The translations under genes were made by a program, and so were the position numbers. Positions 48,419 to 58,449 of a DNA stretch of 64,000 nt are shown one piece after another (position 1 is the first letter of the stretch; each line of letters begins with the position of its first letter). The stretch spans positions 2,240,001 to 2,304,000 of the forward strand of contig OZ242180.1 in assembly GCA_965205485.1 (NCBI GenBank). Direction: 5' to 3'. This stretch comes from Candidatus Latescibacterota bacterium. GTDB taxonomy: Bacteria > Latescibacterota > UBA2968 > GCA-2709665. Under the pieces are notes generated by a model. It ran no database searches. It saw only the letters and a list, made by a program, of their open reading frames with translations, and was not told where the DNA came from.

Positions 48419-51400
48419 TCAGAAGCTCAACCTGATTCCCATGTGCGTTATCCGGGGATTGCCTATATAGCGCGAACGGTCGGAAACGTCCCCGTAATTG
48501 AGGTACGTCGCGTCGTTGGGCCTGGGCTGCTGGAGCCCCCACCACATGTAGTCCGTACCGGTGACGCCGCTGGCGTCCTGCTGGTTGAACAGGTTGAACA
48601 CTTCCACGAACACGTCGGCGTTCACGTTCCCGAAGCGGAAGTGCTTCTGCAGGTTCAGGTCGGCCTCCGTGTGCAAGGGCCGTCTCGCCGGTGTGTTGGC
48701 TCCGGTCAGCTTGATGTAATTGAATTTGCTGCCCGTGTAGATCCGGTAGATCAGGTTGGCGTTGATGCCGCCGAACAGCGTGGCGCCCGCGTACTGCTTG
48801 CCCGGACCGTAGTCGAGCGGGGAGGAGAAGAACATCTGAAGGCTGCCCTGGCTGCGGCGTCCGCGCGTGAAGATATTGCCGGTGCTGAACCAGAACTTCT
48901 GAAACCAGATGCCCTGAAGCCATTCTCTCGCTTCGTCCGTAAGGCCCTCGACTTCCCACGCCGGCTGGAGAGGCGCCGAGCCGCGGGCGTTGAAGGCATT
49001 CACATTCTCCCGGACCTTTTGCAAGTTCTCTTCCGCCTTGTCGCCGAGTGTCTTGATCTCCTCCGCCGTAAGCGGAACGGGTTCCCTGCGGCCGCCCGCG
49101 ACGCGCCATTCCTTGTGATACCTCCCGCTGGCGATGAAACTACGGTCGGGATAAATCAGGACGCTGGCAACCGTCTCGGCGTCGCCCAGCCAGTGGATGG
49201 CTTCCAGCCACTCCAGGTTCAATGCGGCGCGGAACGCGAAGAAGTTGCTGAAGCCCTTCCGCATACTGAACTCGAACCCCTTGACGTCTTCCGTGCGTTC
49301 GGAACCGTACGTGCCCCCGATGGCGCCCGTCCTGCCCGTGACAGGATCGACGGCGTCGTGCCAGATGCCGGTACTCTGCAGATGGCCGCTCTTGTAGAAC
49401 GCCGCCAGAGAGAAGACGTAGTCGCTTACGAAGTTCCAGTCCGTACCCACCTCGAAACTGGTCGTGGGGTGACCGTGGTCCCAGACCGGGCTGATGACGT
49501 TGGCGCCGTAGCTTTCGTCTTTCGCGTTGAAATGACTCCACGGGACGCCGGGAATCCCGTCCGGCCCGGAAGCTGTCTCCCAATGGCTCCCGAACTGCTG
49601 CCGGAAGGAGGGGATCATCATATATCGGCCGTAGTAGAAATGCATGCTGGACCTGGCCGTGATGGGGTGTGAGATACCCAGCCTGGGGCTCCAGCCCTGT
49701 ATGGTCCGCATGGGCCCGGTGGGCGCCTGGATGAACGTATCCATCGCGTTGTACCACCCCGACGTGAACGACGGCAGCAACTGAACGTCCTGACCCCACA
49801 GGCGGTCGTAGCGCAGGCCGACGTTGACGATCAACCCCTCGAACTCCATTTTGTCCTGGACGTAGGCGCCGAACTGGCTGGGCGTCACGGCCTCGCCGGG
49901 TTCGGGCTGCCCGATGTAACGGATATCCCGCTTCGCGTCGCCGGGCGTCATGCCGGTCCACGTCCACCAGTTCTCGAACGTCATGAACTCGAATCCGGTC
50001 TTGGCGAAGTGGCCCCGCGTCATCTGGCTTGACACGTCGGCCTTCACACTGAAACGGTTCTGCTCGCCGACTTTGAATGCCCAGACGTCCTCCCGGCCGA
50101 TGTAGAAATACCCTTCGCTGTCGGTCCTGACGGACGTGGTTTTATTCCCCACGCCGCTGGTGTCCGTCCGGCTTCCATAGCGAGACACGCTCACTTCGTA
50201 GAACGTCCTGGGGCTGATGGTGTGGGTGATCACACCGTAGACCATGTTGTCCGTCTGTTTTTCCGCCCCCGCGATCGATCCATCGGGAATGAAGAGGTCG
50301 CGTCCCGGACCCCGGATGACGTTCGGGAAGCTATACCTGGACAGCCGTCCGTTGTTGAAACTCTCCGCGAAGTCGTACATCCATCCGATCCGCAGCTTCA
50401 TGTTCGACCCCGCCGGGACCGTCAGCTTTGCAGTGGTCCTGAGGTTTGCCGGCCGGGTCCGCCACGGTCCGGGAAGCACGGCGGCGTCACGCAGGTGCCG
50501 GGCGCTGGCGAAGAAAGACGAGTTCCCCATCAGGGGACCGCTGAGAAACCCATCCAGGTAGTGGCCCCGCCAGTCCGTGTAGTTCGTTCGCGGGTGGACG
50601 AGATTCCCTGTCTCGGGGTCCACCTCGGACGTCCACGCCGGATCGTTCCACTTCGCGTTTCCACGCAGTTCCGGCGCCTCGTAGACATTCTCGCCCCAGT
50701 GCTTTTTACCTGCAGGGGTGAGACGATATTCCGCCTCGCCGTGATATTGCGCGCCGCCGTCGCGCGTTACGATCTGGATGACGCCGGCCTGCGCGTTTCC
50801 GTACTCGGCGTTCATACCGCCCGTGATGACCGAGACCTCCTGCACCGCCTTGAGGTTGACGCCGTACCACTGTCTCTCGCCGCCGTCGCCCCATCCGCCG
50901 CCGATGCCTCGCCCGTCTCTGCCGGAAACAGGAACGCCGTCGACGTAGACGACGTTGTGGCTGGCCACCCAGCCCCGGATCGCGCCGCTGCCGTCAACGG
51001 CATAGCCCGGCTCCAGCTCCAGGACCTCGGTGACGTTTCTCAGAATGGGCGTTCGCTCAATCTCCTCGGCGGTCACGACGTAACGGCTGTCCGTCTTGTC
51101 GGGATCGACAGGCGGTCTCTCGGCGACCACCACCATCTCCTCCAGTTCCAATTCGGTTTCACGAAGCTGAAAGTCAATCGTCGTGGTGAAGTCCACCCGT
51201 ACGCCCACCTGCTCTTTGACCACCGAGTGATACCCCACCATCGAGGCCGTCAACTTGTACTGGCCGGGCGTTACGGAGACGATCACGTAGAATCCGTCCG
51301 CATCGGTCGTTCCGCCCAGCCGGGCTTCCTCAATCGCCACACTCGCGCCCGGCAGGGGTTCCCCCTGCTCGTCCGTCACGCGGCCGACGATCTTGCCGGT

Positions 51401-51484
51401 TGTCGCGGCCATTACCGCATTGCCGGCAAAGAACACGGTACACAAAACGACCACAGCGCCCGTCAAAAACCTGAGCCTGCTCAT
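48419..51484 (-). CDS. TonB-dependent receptor with N-terminal carboxypeptidase-regulatory-like domain
   Basis: TTGKIVGRVTD..GEPLPGASV, plug AVQEVSVITGGMNAEYGNAQAGVIQIVTRDG, AYVQDKMEF, SPRLG, NLFN, C-terminal GIRLSF. Confidence 0.9.
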   Translation of the reverse strand: MSRLRFLTGAVVVLCTVFFAGNAVMAATTGKIVGRVTDEQGEPLPGASVAIEEARLGGTTDADGFYVIVSVTPGQYKLTASMVGYHSVVKEQVGVRVDFTTTIDFQLRETELELEEMVVVAERPPVDPDKTDSRYVVTAEEIERTPILRNVTEVLELEPGYAVDGSGAIRGWVASHNVVYVDGVPVSGRDGRGIGGGWGDGGERQWYGVNLKAVQEVSVITGGMNAEYGNAQAGVIQIVTRDGGAQYHGEAEYRLTPAGKKHWGENVYEAPELRGNAKWNDPAWTSEVDPETGNLVHPRTNYTDWRGHYLDGFLSGPLMGNSSFFASARHLRDAAVLPGPWRTRPANLRTTAKLTVPAGSNMKLRIGWMYDFAESFNNGRLSRYSFPNVIRGPGRDLFIPDGSIAGAEKQTDNMVYGVITHTISPRTFYEVSVSRYGSRTDTSGVGNKTTSVRTDSEGYFYIGREDVWAFKVGEQNRFSVKADVSSQMTRGHFAKTGFEFMTFENWWTWTGMTPGDAKRDIRYIGQPEPGEAVTPSQFGAYVQDKMEFEGLIVNVGLRYDRLWGQDVQLLPSFTSGWYNAMDTFIQAPTGPMRTIQGWSPRLGISHPITARSSMHFYYGRYMMIPSFRQQFGSHWETASGPDGIPGVPWSHFNAKDESYGANVISPVWDHGHPTTSFEVGTDWNFVSDYVFSLAAFYKSGHLQSTGIWHDAVDPVTGRTGAIGGTYGSERTEDVKGFEFSMRKGFSNFFAFRAALNLEWLEAIHWLGDAETVASVLIYPDRSFIASGRYHKEWRVAGGRREPVPLTAEEIKTLGDKAEENLQKVRENVNAFNARGSAPLQPAWEVEGLTDEAREWLQGIWFQKFWFSTGNIFTRGRRSQGSLQMFFSSPLDYGPGKQYAGATLFGGINANLIYRIYTGSKFNYIKLTGANTPARRPLHTEADLNLQKHFRFGNVNADVFVEVFNLFNQQDASGVTGTDYMWWGLQQPRPNDATYLNYGDVSDRSRYIGNPRITHMGIRLSF

Positions 51485-51574
51485 GGTTCCTCCTTTTCGC
51501 GGCGTCTGTTTCACTTGCAAGTCATTCCAACTGAGATCCAACGGGATGCCTCTTTCAATGTCACGCCTGCGTTG

Positions 51575-52291
51575 CTATTTCTGGAAGTAGAACCGGATGC
51601 CCCCGCGCGCATTCAGGAACTGCATCGGAAACGTCTGGCCTTCGAGACCCCACGCCTCCATCGGCCTCAACTCGCCCAGCAGGAGATTGTACCGTGCGCG
51701 CACATCCAGCGAAATGTTATCGAACACGAACGCCTCCACGCCCAGGCCCACGTTGGCGCCCAGCGCCGTGCGCGAATCGCTGAACGGCTCGATCACCAGT
51801 TCCTTGTCTAAGGGCGCCTCGCGTTGCCCCGGAAAGATCAGGCCGCTTACGTCCGTCTTGTAGTCGTAGAAGCCCGCGCCGACGGTCACGTAGGTGGAAT
51901 ACTTCTCCTTGGCAAGGATGCCTCCGCCTCCTCGTCTGACCACCGCGTTCACCAGAAAGCTGCTGATACGCATCTCGCTCGCAGCATCAGGTGACTTATA
52001 GTCTCTGCCGTCTACGGGCCAGGTAAACGGGGTGTCTTCCAGTGCTCCGTTCTCGAATATGGACCGGTGAAACTCCATCTCCACGCTGGTCCTCGGACTC
52101 ATCACGTAGGTGAACACCACGCCTGCCTGCCCCCGGCCGGTTTCATACCAGTCTTTCAGCTTGAAGATCGACCGGTTGTAGTCCAGGAACGTCCCGAGCC
52201 CCCAACTTCCGGCCACACCGCCCCCGTAGACCGTTCCCGCCGAAAGCAGCAGAAGCGCCGCTGTCATACACACCAACACACCGTTACGCAT
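51575..52291 (-). CDS. Small outer-membrane beta-barrel protein (OmpA/OmpW-like)
   Basis: Strong RBS GGAGGAGG, signal peptide, YVTVGAGFY, GANVGLGVE, C-terminal GGIRFYF. Confidence 0.8.
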   Translation of the reverse strand: MRNGVLVCMTAALLLLSAGTVYGGGVAGSWGLGTFLDYNRSIFKLKDWYETGRGQAGVVFTYVMSPRTSVEMEFHRSIFENGALEDTPFTWPVDGRDYKSPDAASEMRISSFLVNAVVRRGGGGILAKEKYSTYVTVGAGFYDYKTDVSGLIFPGQREAPLDKELVIEPFSDSRTALGANVGLGVEAFVFDNISLDVRARYNLLLGELRPMEAWGLEGQTFPMQFLNARGGIRFYFQK

Positions 52292-52599
52292 TTTCAACCT
52301 CCTCCAAAATTCAGATGTCACGAGCGACATCCGGACACTCCGGTGCCATCCTGCAAAACGCACCTTCAATCCTGTCGGATCATCACCTCCTTGCAGTGTT
52401 ATCGTCCGGCGTCTATGCGCAGTTGTTCGATGAATAAGGTGGGAAATGATTCCGAATAAATCACGATAGTAATATTCCTACAAATCGCAATTAATGGATG
52501 AGAATTATCGAAGTCAAGTCTTTTTCAATCTGCTATTAGACGAATTTATGAGATTCTTTGGAACGTGGGGACCCCGGAGAGGGAGCCATCTGGCTGCTA

Positions 52600-53397
52600 T
52601 CAACCATCGATATATCCCTGCAGCAGGCGGGCCGTTTCCGACGCGACGCGAGAGGGGTCGTCGTCCTTCGAATACGGCTCGAGGACGTTGACGTAACCTG
52701 CATATCCGATGGTTTTCAGATTCGATATGAATTGCGGGATGTCGAGATGGTCCTCGTCGCACAGGTACGCCCTGCGGAACGCCGGCGTCGACCTTCGATA
52801 GTACCTGCGGATGGTCTGATCGCCCTGGTGCAGCACGCCGCCCTGTACGTTGACGATGCTCAGCAGGTCCCGCACCTGTTCCAGGGTTGCCAGGCCGTAG
52901 TCCTGCTCGGCCATGTGGATATTCAACGGATCGACGTTCAGCCCGAGATTCGGTCGGTCGACCTTGCCTATGAAATCGCGGGCGCGGAGGATATCCTCGA
53001 ACATGCTGTTGAAATGACAGGCGATGACAAGCGTGATTTCCTGCCGTGCGGCCAGGTCGCACCATTCACGGATAAAATCGATATCCGTGGGATACCCGAT
53101 CATCAGCTGGTCCAGTCCTACACGCGGCAGAAGCGCCAGTTTCTTACTGATCAGATCCGCGTCGAACGAAGCCGAATCCAGCCGTCCCCATAGCATGCTG
53201 CAGCCCAGGCCGGGTCCGGCATAGAGGGCTTCAACCTCATCGAAGCGTTCATCCTTGATGAGGTGATCGATTTGACCGTCCCTCAGGTGCACGCCCTCAT
53301 AGCCCGCGCCGGCCGTAAGCGCCAGGAATTCTTCCACCGTCATCGCATAGGACTGCTTCGTCATTTCAATCAGCCGACCGGACAGCGATAGCTTCAT
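52600..53397 (-). CDS. Sugar-phosphate isomerase/epimerase (xylose-isomerase-like TIM barrel)
   Basis: AGYEGVHLR, VDRPNLGLNVDPLN, IGYAGYVNVLE. Confidence 0.8.
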   Translation of the reverse strand: MKLSLSGRLIEMTKQSYAMTVEEFLALTAGAGYEGVHLRDGQIDHLIKDERFDEVEALYAGPGLGCSMLWGRLDSASFDADLISKKLALLPRVGLDQLMIGYPTDIDFIREWCDLAARQEITLVIACHFNSMFEDILRARDFIGKVDRPNLGLNVDPLNIHMAEQDYGLATLEQVRDLLSIVNVQGGVLHQGDQTIRRYYRRSTPAFRRAYLCDEDHLDIPQFISNLKTIGYAGYVNVLEPYSKDDDPSRVASETARLLQGYIDG

Positions 53398-53421
53398 CTG
53401 ATCCTCCTCAAAGAACGGAAT

Positions 53422-54414
53422 TCAGAATGAATTCTTCACGCGAACGGGTTTGCCGGTTTCGATGGACTCCGCGCCCGCGATGCAGGTGGCCGCGGATTTC
53501 GCGCCGTCCCGGACGTCGATCATCGGCGTCCTGTCGTTCAGAATGCAATCCACGAAGTGCGCCATCTCTTCCCCGAACGTGGGGTGTTCGGCAAGAATCG
53601 TAATCGGCAGCCGTATGAAATCCTCCAGTTCCTCGACCCTGCTGAGGTACAACCTGTCGTTGATCATCGTACCTTTATTTCCGTATATCGCCAGATTCAA
53701 CTCGTAGGGACGCTGGCATCCGAGAAATGCAGCCATCTTGCCCATACAACCGTTCTCGAATCGGAAATTCATCAGGTACGCGTCGTCGTGCGGAAATTCG
53801 GCGAGCACTTTGTGATTGGAAATCGCGAATACTTCCTCAATTTCCCCAACGATCCATCGCAGGAGATCGATGGGATGGACGCCGCCGCCCATCAGGCCGA
53901 AGTGCGGATTCCGGTCGTCGATCCACCAGTCCTTGATCCGTTTCCCGATGTTGTGCAGGTAGTCCGCCTCGGCGTAGAAGGCTTCCCCCAGTTCTCCATC
54001 GTCGTACATGCGTTTGATGGTCTTGCAGATGGGATTGAACCGCGCGCTTTGCCCCACCATGACCTTGAGCGAAGGTTTCGTATCGGCCATCCGTACGATC
54101 CGTTCGCAGTCCTCCAGGGTGGTCGCCAGGGGTTTTTCGCAGATGACGTGCTTGCCGGCTTCCAGCGCCGCAACCGCCTGATCGGCGTGCGCGTAGTTGG
54201 GGCTGCACAGGGAGATAATATGAATATCGTCACGCTCCAGCATCGACTCGTAGGTGGGGGCAAACAGGTCCATGGAGCCGGGGAAGAGGTCCAGTCTGCG
54301 TGCGCTCGGCGCCCAGGCCGCCCGCACCTCGGCATCCGGATTCTCGTCAAACGCCTTGAAATGTTCCCGTCCCGCGTGTCCGATGCCCACGATCCCAACG
54401 CCCAGTTTTTCCAT
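53422..54414 (-). CDS. Gfo/Idh/MocA family oxidoreductase
   Basis: VGIVGIG, H..QAVAALEAGKHVICEKP, GGVHPID. Confidence 0.9.
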   Translation of the reverse strand: MEKLGVGIVGIGHAGREHFKAFDENPDAEVRAAWAPSARRLDLFPGSMDLFAPTYESMLERDDIHIISLCSPNYAHADQAVAALEAGKHVICEKPLATTLEDCERIVRMADTKPSLKVMVGQSARFNPICKTIKRMYDDGELGEAFYAEADYLHNIGKRIKDWWIDDRNPHFGLMGGGVHPIDLLRWIVGEIEEVFAISNHKVLAEFPHDDAYLMNFRFENGCMGKMAAFLGCQRPYELNLAIYGNKGTMINDRLYLSRVEELEDFIRLPITILAEHPTFGEEMAHFVDCILNDRTPMIDVRDGAKSAATCIAGAESIETGKPVRVKNSF

Positions 54415-54492
54415 TTCAGGCCCTCCGGTGCAAACCTCGGAATACAATTGCGATTCCGGGAAGTCTTTCTTCTCAGCGGTACATTGTCCGGC

Positions 54493-55338
54493 TCAATTCT
54501 CGACGTCCTCCAACAATGCGAGAAGATTCGAGCCTTCGATGCGCGTCCGGTCCTCATCGGTTAGGAACGGCATCTTCGCAAACAGGTCGACCGTCTGCGG
54601 AAACGTCACCCAGTCCAGGCAGGGCGAATAGTCCGACGCCCACAGCAGCCGCTCAACGCCGTAGGCATCCACCAAGGCTTCCACGTACGGCCAGGCCGCG
54701 TGGTGCGGATAGTCGTGACCCGGATCGGTCAGCGCGTAGAAACCGCTCAGCTTGACCCGCGACTGGGGAAATTCCGCCAGCGCCAAAACGCTGGCCATCG
54801 CGGATCGGGCCTCATCGGGGCCGGGCGCCCGGGCCTGTCTCGGCGGCAGGCCCAGGTGGGACAGGACGAGGCGCAACTCCGGATGCCGCCCGAGGACCTT
54901 CTGCCAGGCGTTCCAGTCGTCGCCCTTCGAATTCACGCTCACGAGCCAGCGCCTGGAAACCAGCCACTGCCAGACCTCGTCCGATATGGCGAGGAGTGCG
55001 TCCACGCGTTCGGGCCCGAAAATATAAAAGCTCACGCCCACGAATCCGTCCGCCTGAAGCTGTGCCAGCGCTTCGATCGTAGGGGGCTCCGCTGCATCGA
55101 AATAGGCCGCGGGATACACCCAGTCGTACTCGGCCGCCATCCGTGTGAGATAGCGGGTATTCTCCGCCGCCCAGGGAACGTCCGCGTACCCCACGATCAA
55201 CGCGGCCTTCACCCCGTGGTCCTTCGCCAGCGATGCATAGACGACGGCTTCATCGACGGGCCGGCCCAGCCGCTTCATAAAGGAATCCTGGTAGCCTCCC
55301 TCGAAAAGGTGGATATGCGCGTCGGCTCGTTCGGACAT
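54493..55338 (-). CDS. Amidohydrolase_2 family protein (lactonase-like)
   Basis: DAHIHLF, SHLGLP, VKLSG, RLLWASDY. Confidence 0.9.
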   Translation of the reverse strand: MSERADAHIHLFEGGYQDSFMKRLGRPVDEAVVYASLAKDHGVKAALIVGYADVPWAAENTRYLTRMAAEYDWVYPAAYFDAAEPPTIEALAQLQADGFVGVSFYIFGPERVDALLAISDEVWQWLVSRRWLVSVNSKGDDWNAWQKVLGRHPELRLVLSHLGLPPRQARAPGPDEARSAMASVLALAEFPQSRVKLSGFYALTDPGHDYPHHAAWPYVEALVDAYGVERLLWASDYSPCLDWVTFPQTVDLFAKMPFLTDEDRTRIEGSNLLALLEDVEN

Positions 55339-55382
55339 CGTTCGGTTCCTCCGTGGTTTAGGGGATCACGTTAAAACTTCGC

Positions 55383-55412
55383 CGCGAACTGGCAGTTCGC
55401 GCTACCTGATCA
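55383..55412 (-). repeat. GTAG-type REP, same family as 39679-39712
   Basis: CGCGAACTGGCAGTTCGCGCTACCTGATCA (minus strand GTAG-CGCGAACTGCCAGTTCGCG). Confidence 0.7.
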
Positions 55413-55419
55413 GGCGCCG

Positions 55420-57435
55420 TTACTCCCATTGCAGTTCCACCGCCAGGAAGTCCTGGTCGCCGGGCATGTCTACCGGCAGCCGGACGATTTGCCCGTCGAC
55501 CGTCGCGGAGCCCATCAGTTCCTCGCCGGAATATATATCCACCAGCGTTGTTGGCGCCGACCCTTCCGGAACCCGCATCTCCAGATTCGTCTCGTAGGCC
55601 AGCCCCAGGTAGTTGAAGATCAGACCGACGAGGCACCCGTCTCCCAGACTCGGAAACAGTTCCATCGTCGGCACGTCCCGGCGGTCCCAGGGACGCAGTT
55701 CTCCGTAGTCGTTTTTTGGAGGATAAGGCCACAACCTCGCCGCGGGCGCTTCGGCCGACAGCCACGCCAGCGCGTTCCGCAAGAGTGCCATCCCGCCCGT
55801 GGGCGTCCGTACGGCGCCGTGGTCTCCGGGTTCCACGTAGTTGAACAGGGGCGTTCCCGCCAGCCAGACCTCGCGCCGCCCGTCGCGCTCGGCCGCTAAG
55901 AGAGCGGGTCGCCCGTCCACTTCGGCGATCGTCTCCCCTTCGAGACCGGGTTCCAGGAACGCCGACCCCAGCATGATGGGCGCATCGATCCCCACGAGCA
56001 GCGGGTGGCCGGAAACGATCGGCTTCAATTCCGAGAGCCCCGTCTCGTCACCGGAGGGGGGCGGATGCGCGCCTTCGCCCGACCAGTCGCCGGACGGCGT
56101 CCGCCCCACCCGGAGCAGCCCATTACCTCCGTCCGAATGCGATTCCAGTACGGAGCGCTGTTCACGCGTCAGGCAGTGGGTGTCCGGAAGGATGACCGGG
56201 CCGCTCAACGCATCGCCGGCATCCGGAAGCCGCCGGTCGAAAACCCATCGCCAGGGCAACCCCACCTGGTTCATCACGTCCGGCCAGATCGCCAGGACCT
56301 CCCGGCCCCATCGTTTGTCGGGATACCCGTAGATTTCCGTCTGGGAGGGCTTGATCAACGTGGCGGCGCTGTAGGGCCGGGTTTTCTCAAAGTAGGGAAT
56401 CAGCCGCGAGGCGTCCTGCAACCCCTCGTAGTAACCCGGGATGATCTGGCAAAGATCGAACGTGTAGGGCGAGATATTCTCCGCCCCCAGCGCGAACGGA
56501 ACGGCCCCGGCCATGAAGCCGTCCCGGCGCGTCAACTCCAGGCTCCCGGACGGTGGCATAAAACCCTGGGGATAGATGAACAGGGAACGTCCGACCGTCG
56601 CTCCACCCAGCGCGCGCGTCGCCTCCGTCTGTATGCGGCGCATGGGGCGATAGGTAAAATGGGAATAGTGAATATGGTGGTACGGGTCGGTGCACAGGAC
56701 GTCCATGGCCTCCGCGTCGCGGGACAGGTCGATGCCGGACAGCCAGGGGTTTTCGTTGAAGGTCACCACCTTCGGCGAATGCTGGATGCCCACGACGACG
56801 TCCGGCCGCACCTTCTTGATTCCCTCGCGAAACCAGGCGTGAACGGCGGTCCAGGCCTCCATCCGGTGCTGCACCCACCGCCACCAGGACGGGGACGCCC
56901 AGTCAACCTCCCGGGGTGGCGGTTGGCCGGTGTCGCGTTCGTATTCCGCGACGCAGTGGTCGCAATAGCAGCCCACGTCTCCGTTCGAGAACCCGATCTC
57001 GGCTTCGTCATTGAGATGGATTTCCCGAACCGCCGGCAGCCGGATCACCTTGTGAATCATGTCCACGTATTCGGCCTTGTTTTCGGGCTGGAACGGACAG
57101 AGCCACCGGGTCCTCACGATATTGTCGCTGTCCAGCGCGGCGCCGCTGCCTCCGACGCAGACGAGGCTGCGTTCAGGATGGGTCCGCAGGAACGTCTCTC
57201 GGTATTTCATGTATCCCGTAAACACGATTACGCCCAGCCCGAATTCGCCGGCCCATTCCGCCAGCCGGCAGACCTTTTCCCAGACGTATCCCTGCCCTGT
57301 CATCTTATCGTCTTCAGGCTTCAGCCCCAATCCGATGTCGGTAAATCCCTCCTCGCCGACCCACTTCACGTAGTCCCGGGAGAAGCTCGCCTTTTCAAAG
57401 TGCAGCATCGCCGTCCGTCGAATGGTCCTCTTCAT
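55420..57435 (-). CDS. GH42-architecture TIM-barrel protein, paralogue 4
   Basis: MKRTIRRTA start and 671-aa length as in 31932-33947; EIHLNDEA, GCYCDHC, LRPWDRRDVPTMELFP. Confidence 0.8.
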   Translation of the reverse strand: MKRTIRRTAMLHFEKASFSRDYVKWVGEEGFTDIGLGLKPEDDKMTGQGYVWEKVCRLAEWAGEFGLGVIVFTGYMKYRETFLRTHPERSLVCVGGSGAALDSDNIVRTRWLCPFQPENKAEYVDMIHKVIRLPAVREIHLNDEAEIGFSNGDVGCYCDHCVAEYERDTGQPPPREVDWASPSWWRWVQHRMEAWTAVHAWFREGIKKVRPDVVVGIQHSPKVVTFNENPWLSGIDLSRDAEAMDVLCTDPYHHIHYSHFTYRPMRRIQTEATRALGGATVGRSLFIYPQGFMPPSGSLELTRRDGFMAGAVPFALGAENISPYTFDLCQIIPGYYEGLQDASRLIPYFEKTRPYSAATLIKPSQTEIYGYPDKRWGREVLAIWPDVMNQVGLPWRWVFDRRLPDAGDALSGPVILPDTHCLTREQRSVLESHSDGGNGLLRVGRTPSGDWSGEGAHPPPSGDETGLSELKPIVSGHPLLVGIDAPIMLGSAFLEPGLEGETIAEVDGRPALLAAERDGRREVWLAGTPLFNYVEPGDHGAVRTPTGGMALLRNALAWLSAEAPAARLWPYPPKNDYGELRPWDRRDVPTMELFPSLGDGCLVGLIFNYLGLAYETNLEMRVPEGSAPTTLVDIYSGEELMGSATVDGQIVRLPVDMPGDQDFLAVELQWE

Positions 57436-57450
57436 CCTGTCCTCCCGGTT

Positions 57451-58416
57451 TTAAGCAGATGTGATGTCAACGCGGACGGGTATGGCGCTGGTCCAGGCCC
57501 GGCGCCCGAATTCGTCCTCCACGCACGCGAATACCCAGTCCCGCATGCGGTAACCCTCCACGGCCAGGTCGACCTCGAACCGTTTCGAAGGCGACGCTGA
57601 CTGCAGGCTGCGGACCCCGAACCCCTTCGACCGGAAGTGACACGCGGTGCAGGGACTGCATTCCACGACGATAGCGCCTCGTTTTTCGATGCGGAAATCG
57701 TGAATCTCCGGCCCCTCGCTGGCGTACGTCCGCTGCGCGCGAATACCTTCCAGAATGCCCTCCACGCCCGGTCGCCGGACGAGTACGCCCGTCCATGTCC
57801 GTCCCGTCACGTCCGCGTCGTCCAGCACGATCGCATCGTCCACGCCGATCGCGGCGAGCCGGACGCCCGCGTTGAACAGCATCTGCCAGAGTTCCTCCGA
57901 ACGCTCCTTGCCGTTGATCTGCCACGTCAGCCGGTTGCTCACCTCCAGGCCGACCATCCCGGACTTTGCCAGGGCATACGCTTTCTCCCAGGAGTAGTCG
58001 CTCCAGGCGGGGTGCGCCAGCACGGCCAGTCCGCCCTGCGCCTCGGTGTCCCGGACCAGGCGGGAGACGTCCTCCTCCGTGCCGTCCAGCGGCCGGGGGA
58101 GATGCCGCATGCCCAGGCAGATAACATGGGTCAGGTCGTCGCCGCCGGGGCAGAACATCTCGGCTCCAGGAACGGTTACGAACGCTTCCGTTGCTTCCGG
58201 CATCGGCGTGATGCTGAGGTAGTCCGTTGTCGCAAGGAAGTCGAATCCCAGGTTCATGTAGTGTTCGCAGACTTCGCGGGACTCGCCCATCTGCGCCACG
58301 TGGGAGTGCAGGCCGCCCCGAACCCACCGGCCGCCGCCTTCGAACTGGTTGTCGACCTCAATCGTCAGCCGGATGGGTCGCCGCTTGTCACGTCCGTCGA
58401 TTTGGAATGTCGTCAT
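57451..58416 (-). CDS. PHP-domain (CehA/McbA-like) metallohydrolase
   Basis: WVRGGLHSH, GFDFLATTD, PGAE, LAHP, GVDD, TYASEGP. Confidence 0.8.
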   Translation of the reverse strand: MTTFQIDGRDKRRPIRLTIEVDNQFEGGGRWVRGGLHSHVAQMGESREVCEHYMNLGFDFLATTDYLSITPMPEATEAFVTVPGAEMFCPGGDDLTHVICLGMRHLPRPLDGTEEDVSRLVRDTEAQGGLAVLAHPAWSDYSWEKAYALAKSGMVGLEVSNRLTWQINGKERSEELWQMLFNAGVRLAAIGVDDAIVLDDADVTGRTWTGVLVRRPGVEGILEGIRAQRTYASEGPEIHDFRIEKRGAIVVECSPCTACHFRSKGFGVRSLQSASPSKRFEVDLAVEGYRMRDWVFACVEDEFGRRAWTSAIPVRVDITSA

Positions 58417-58449
58417 CGCTTTCTCCGTCCGTCGTGACCGGCCCGCCGG

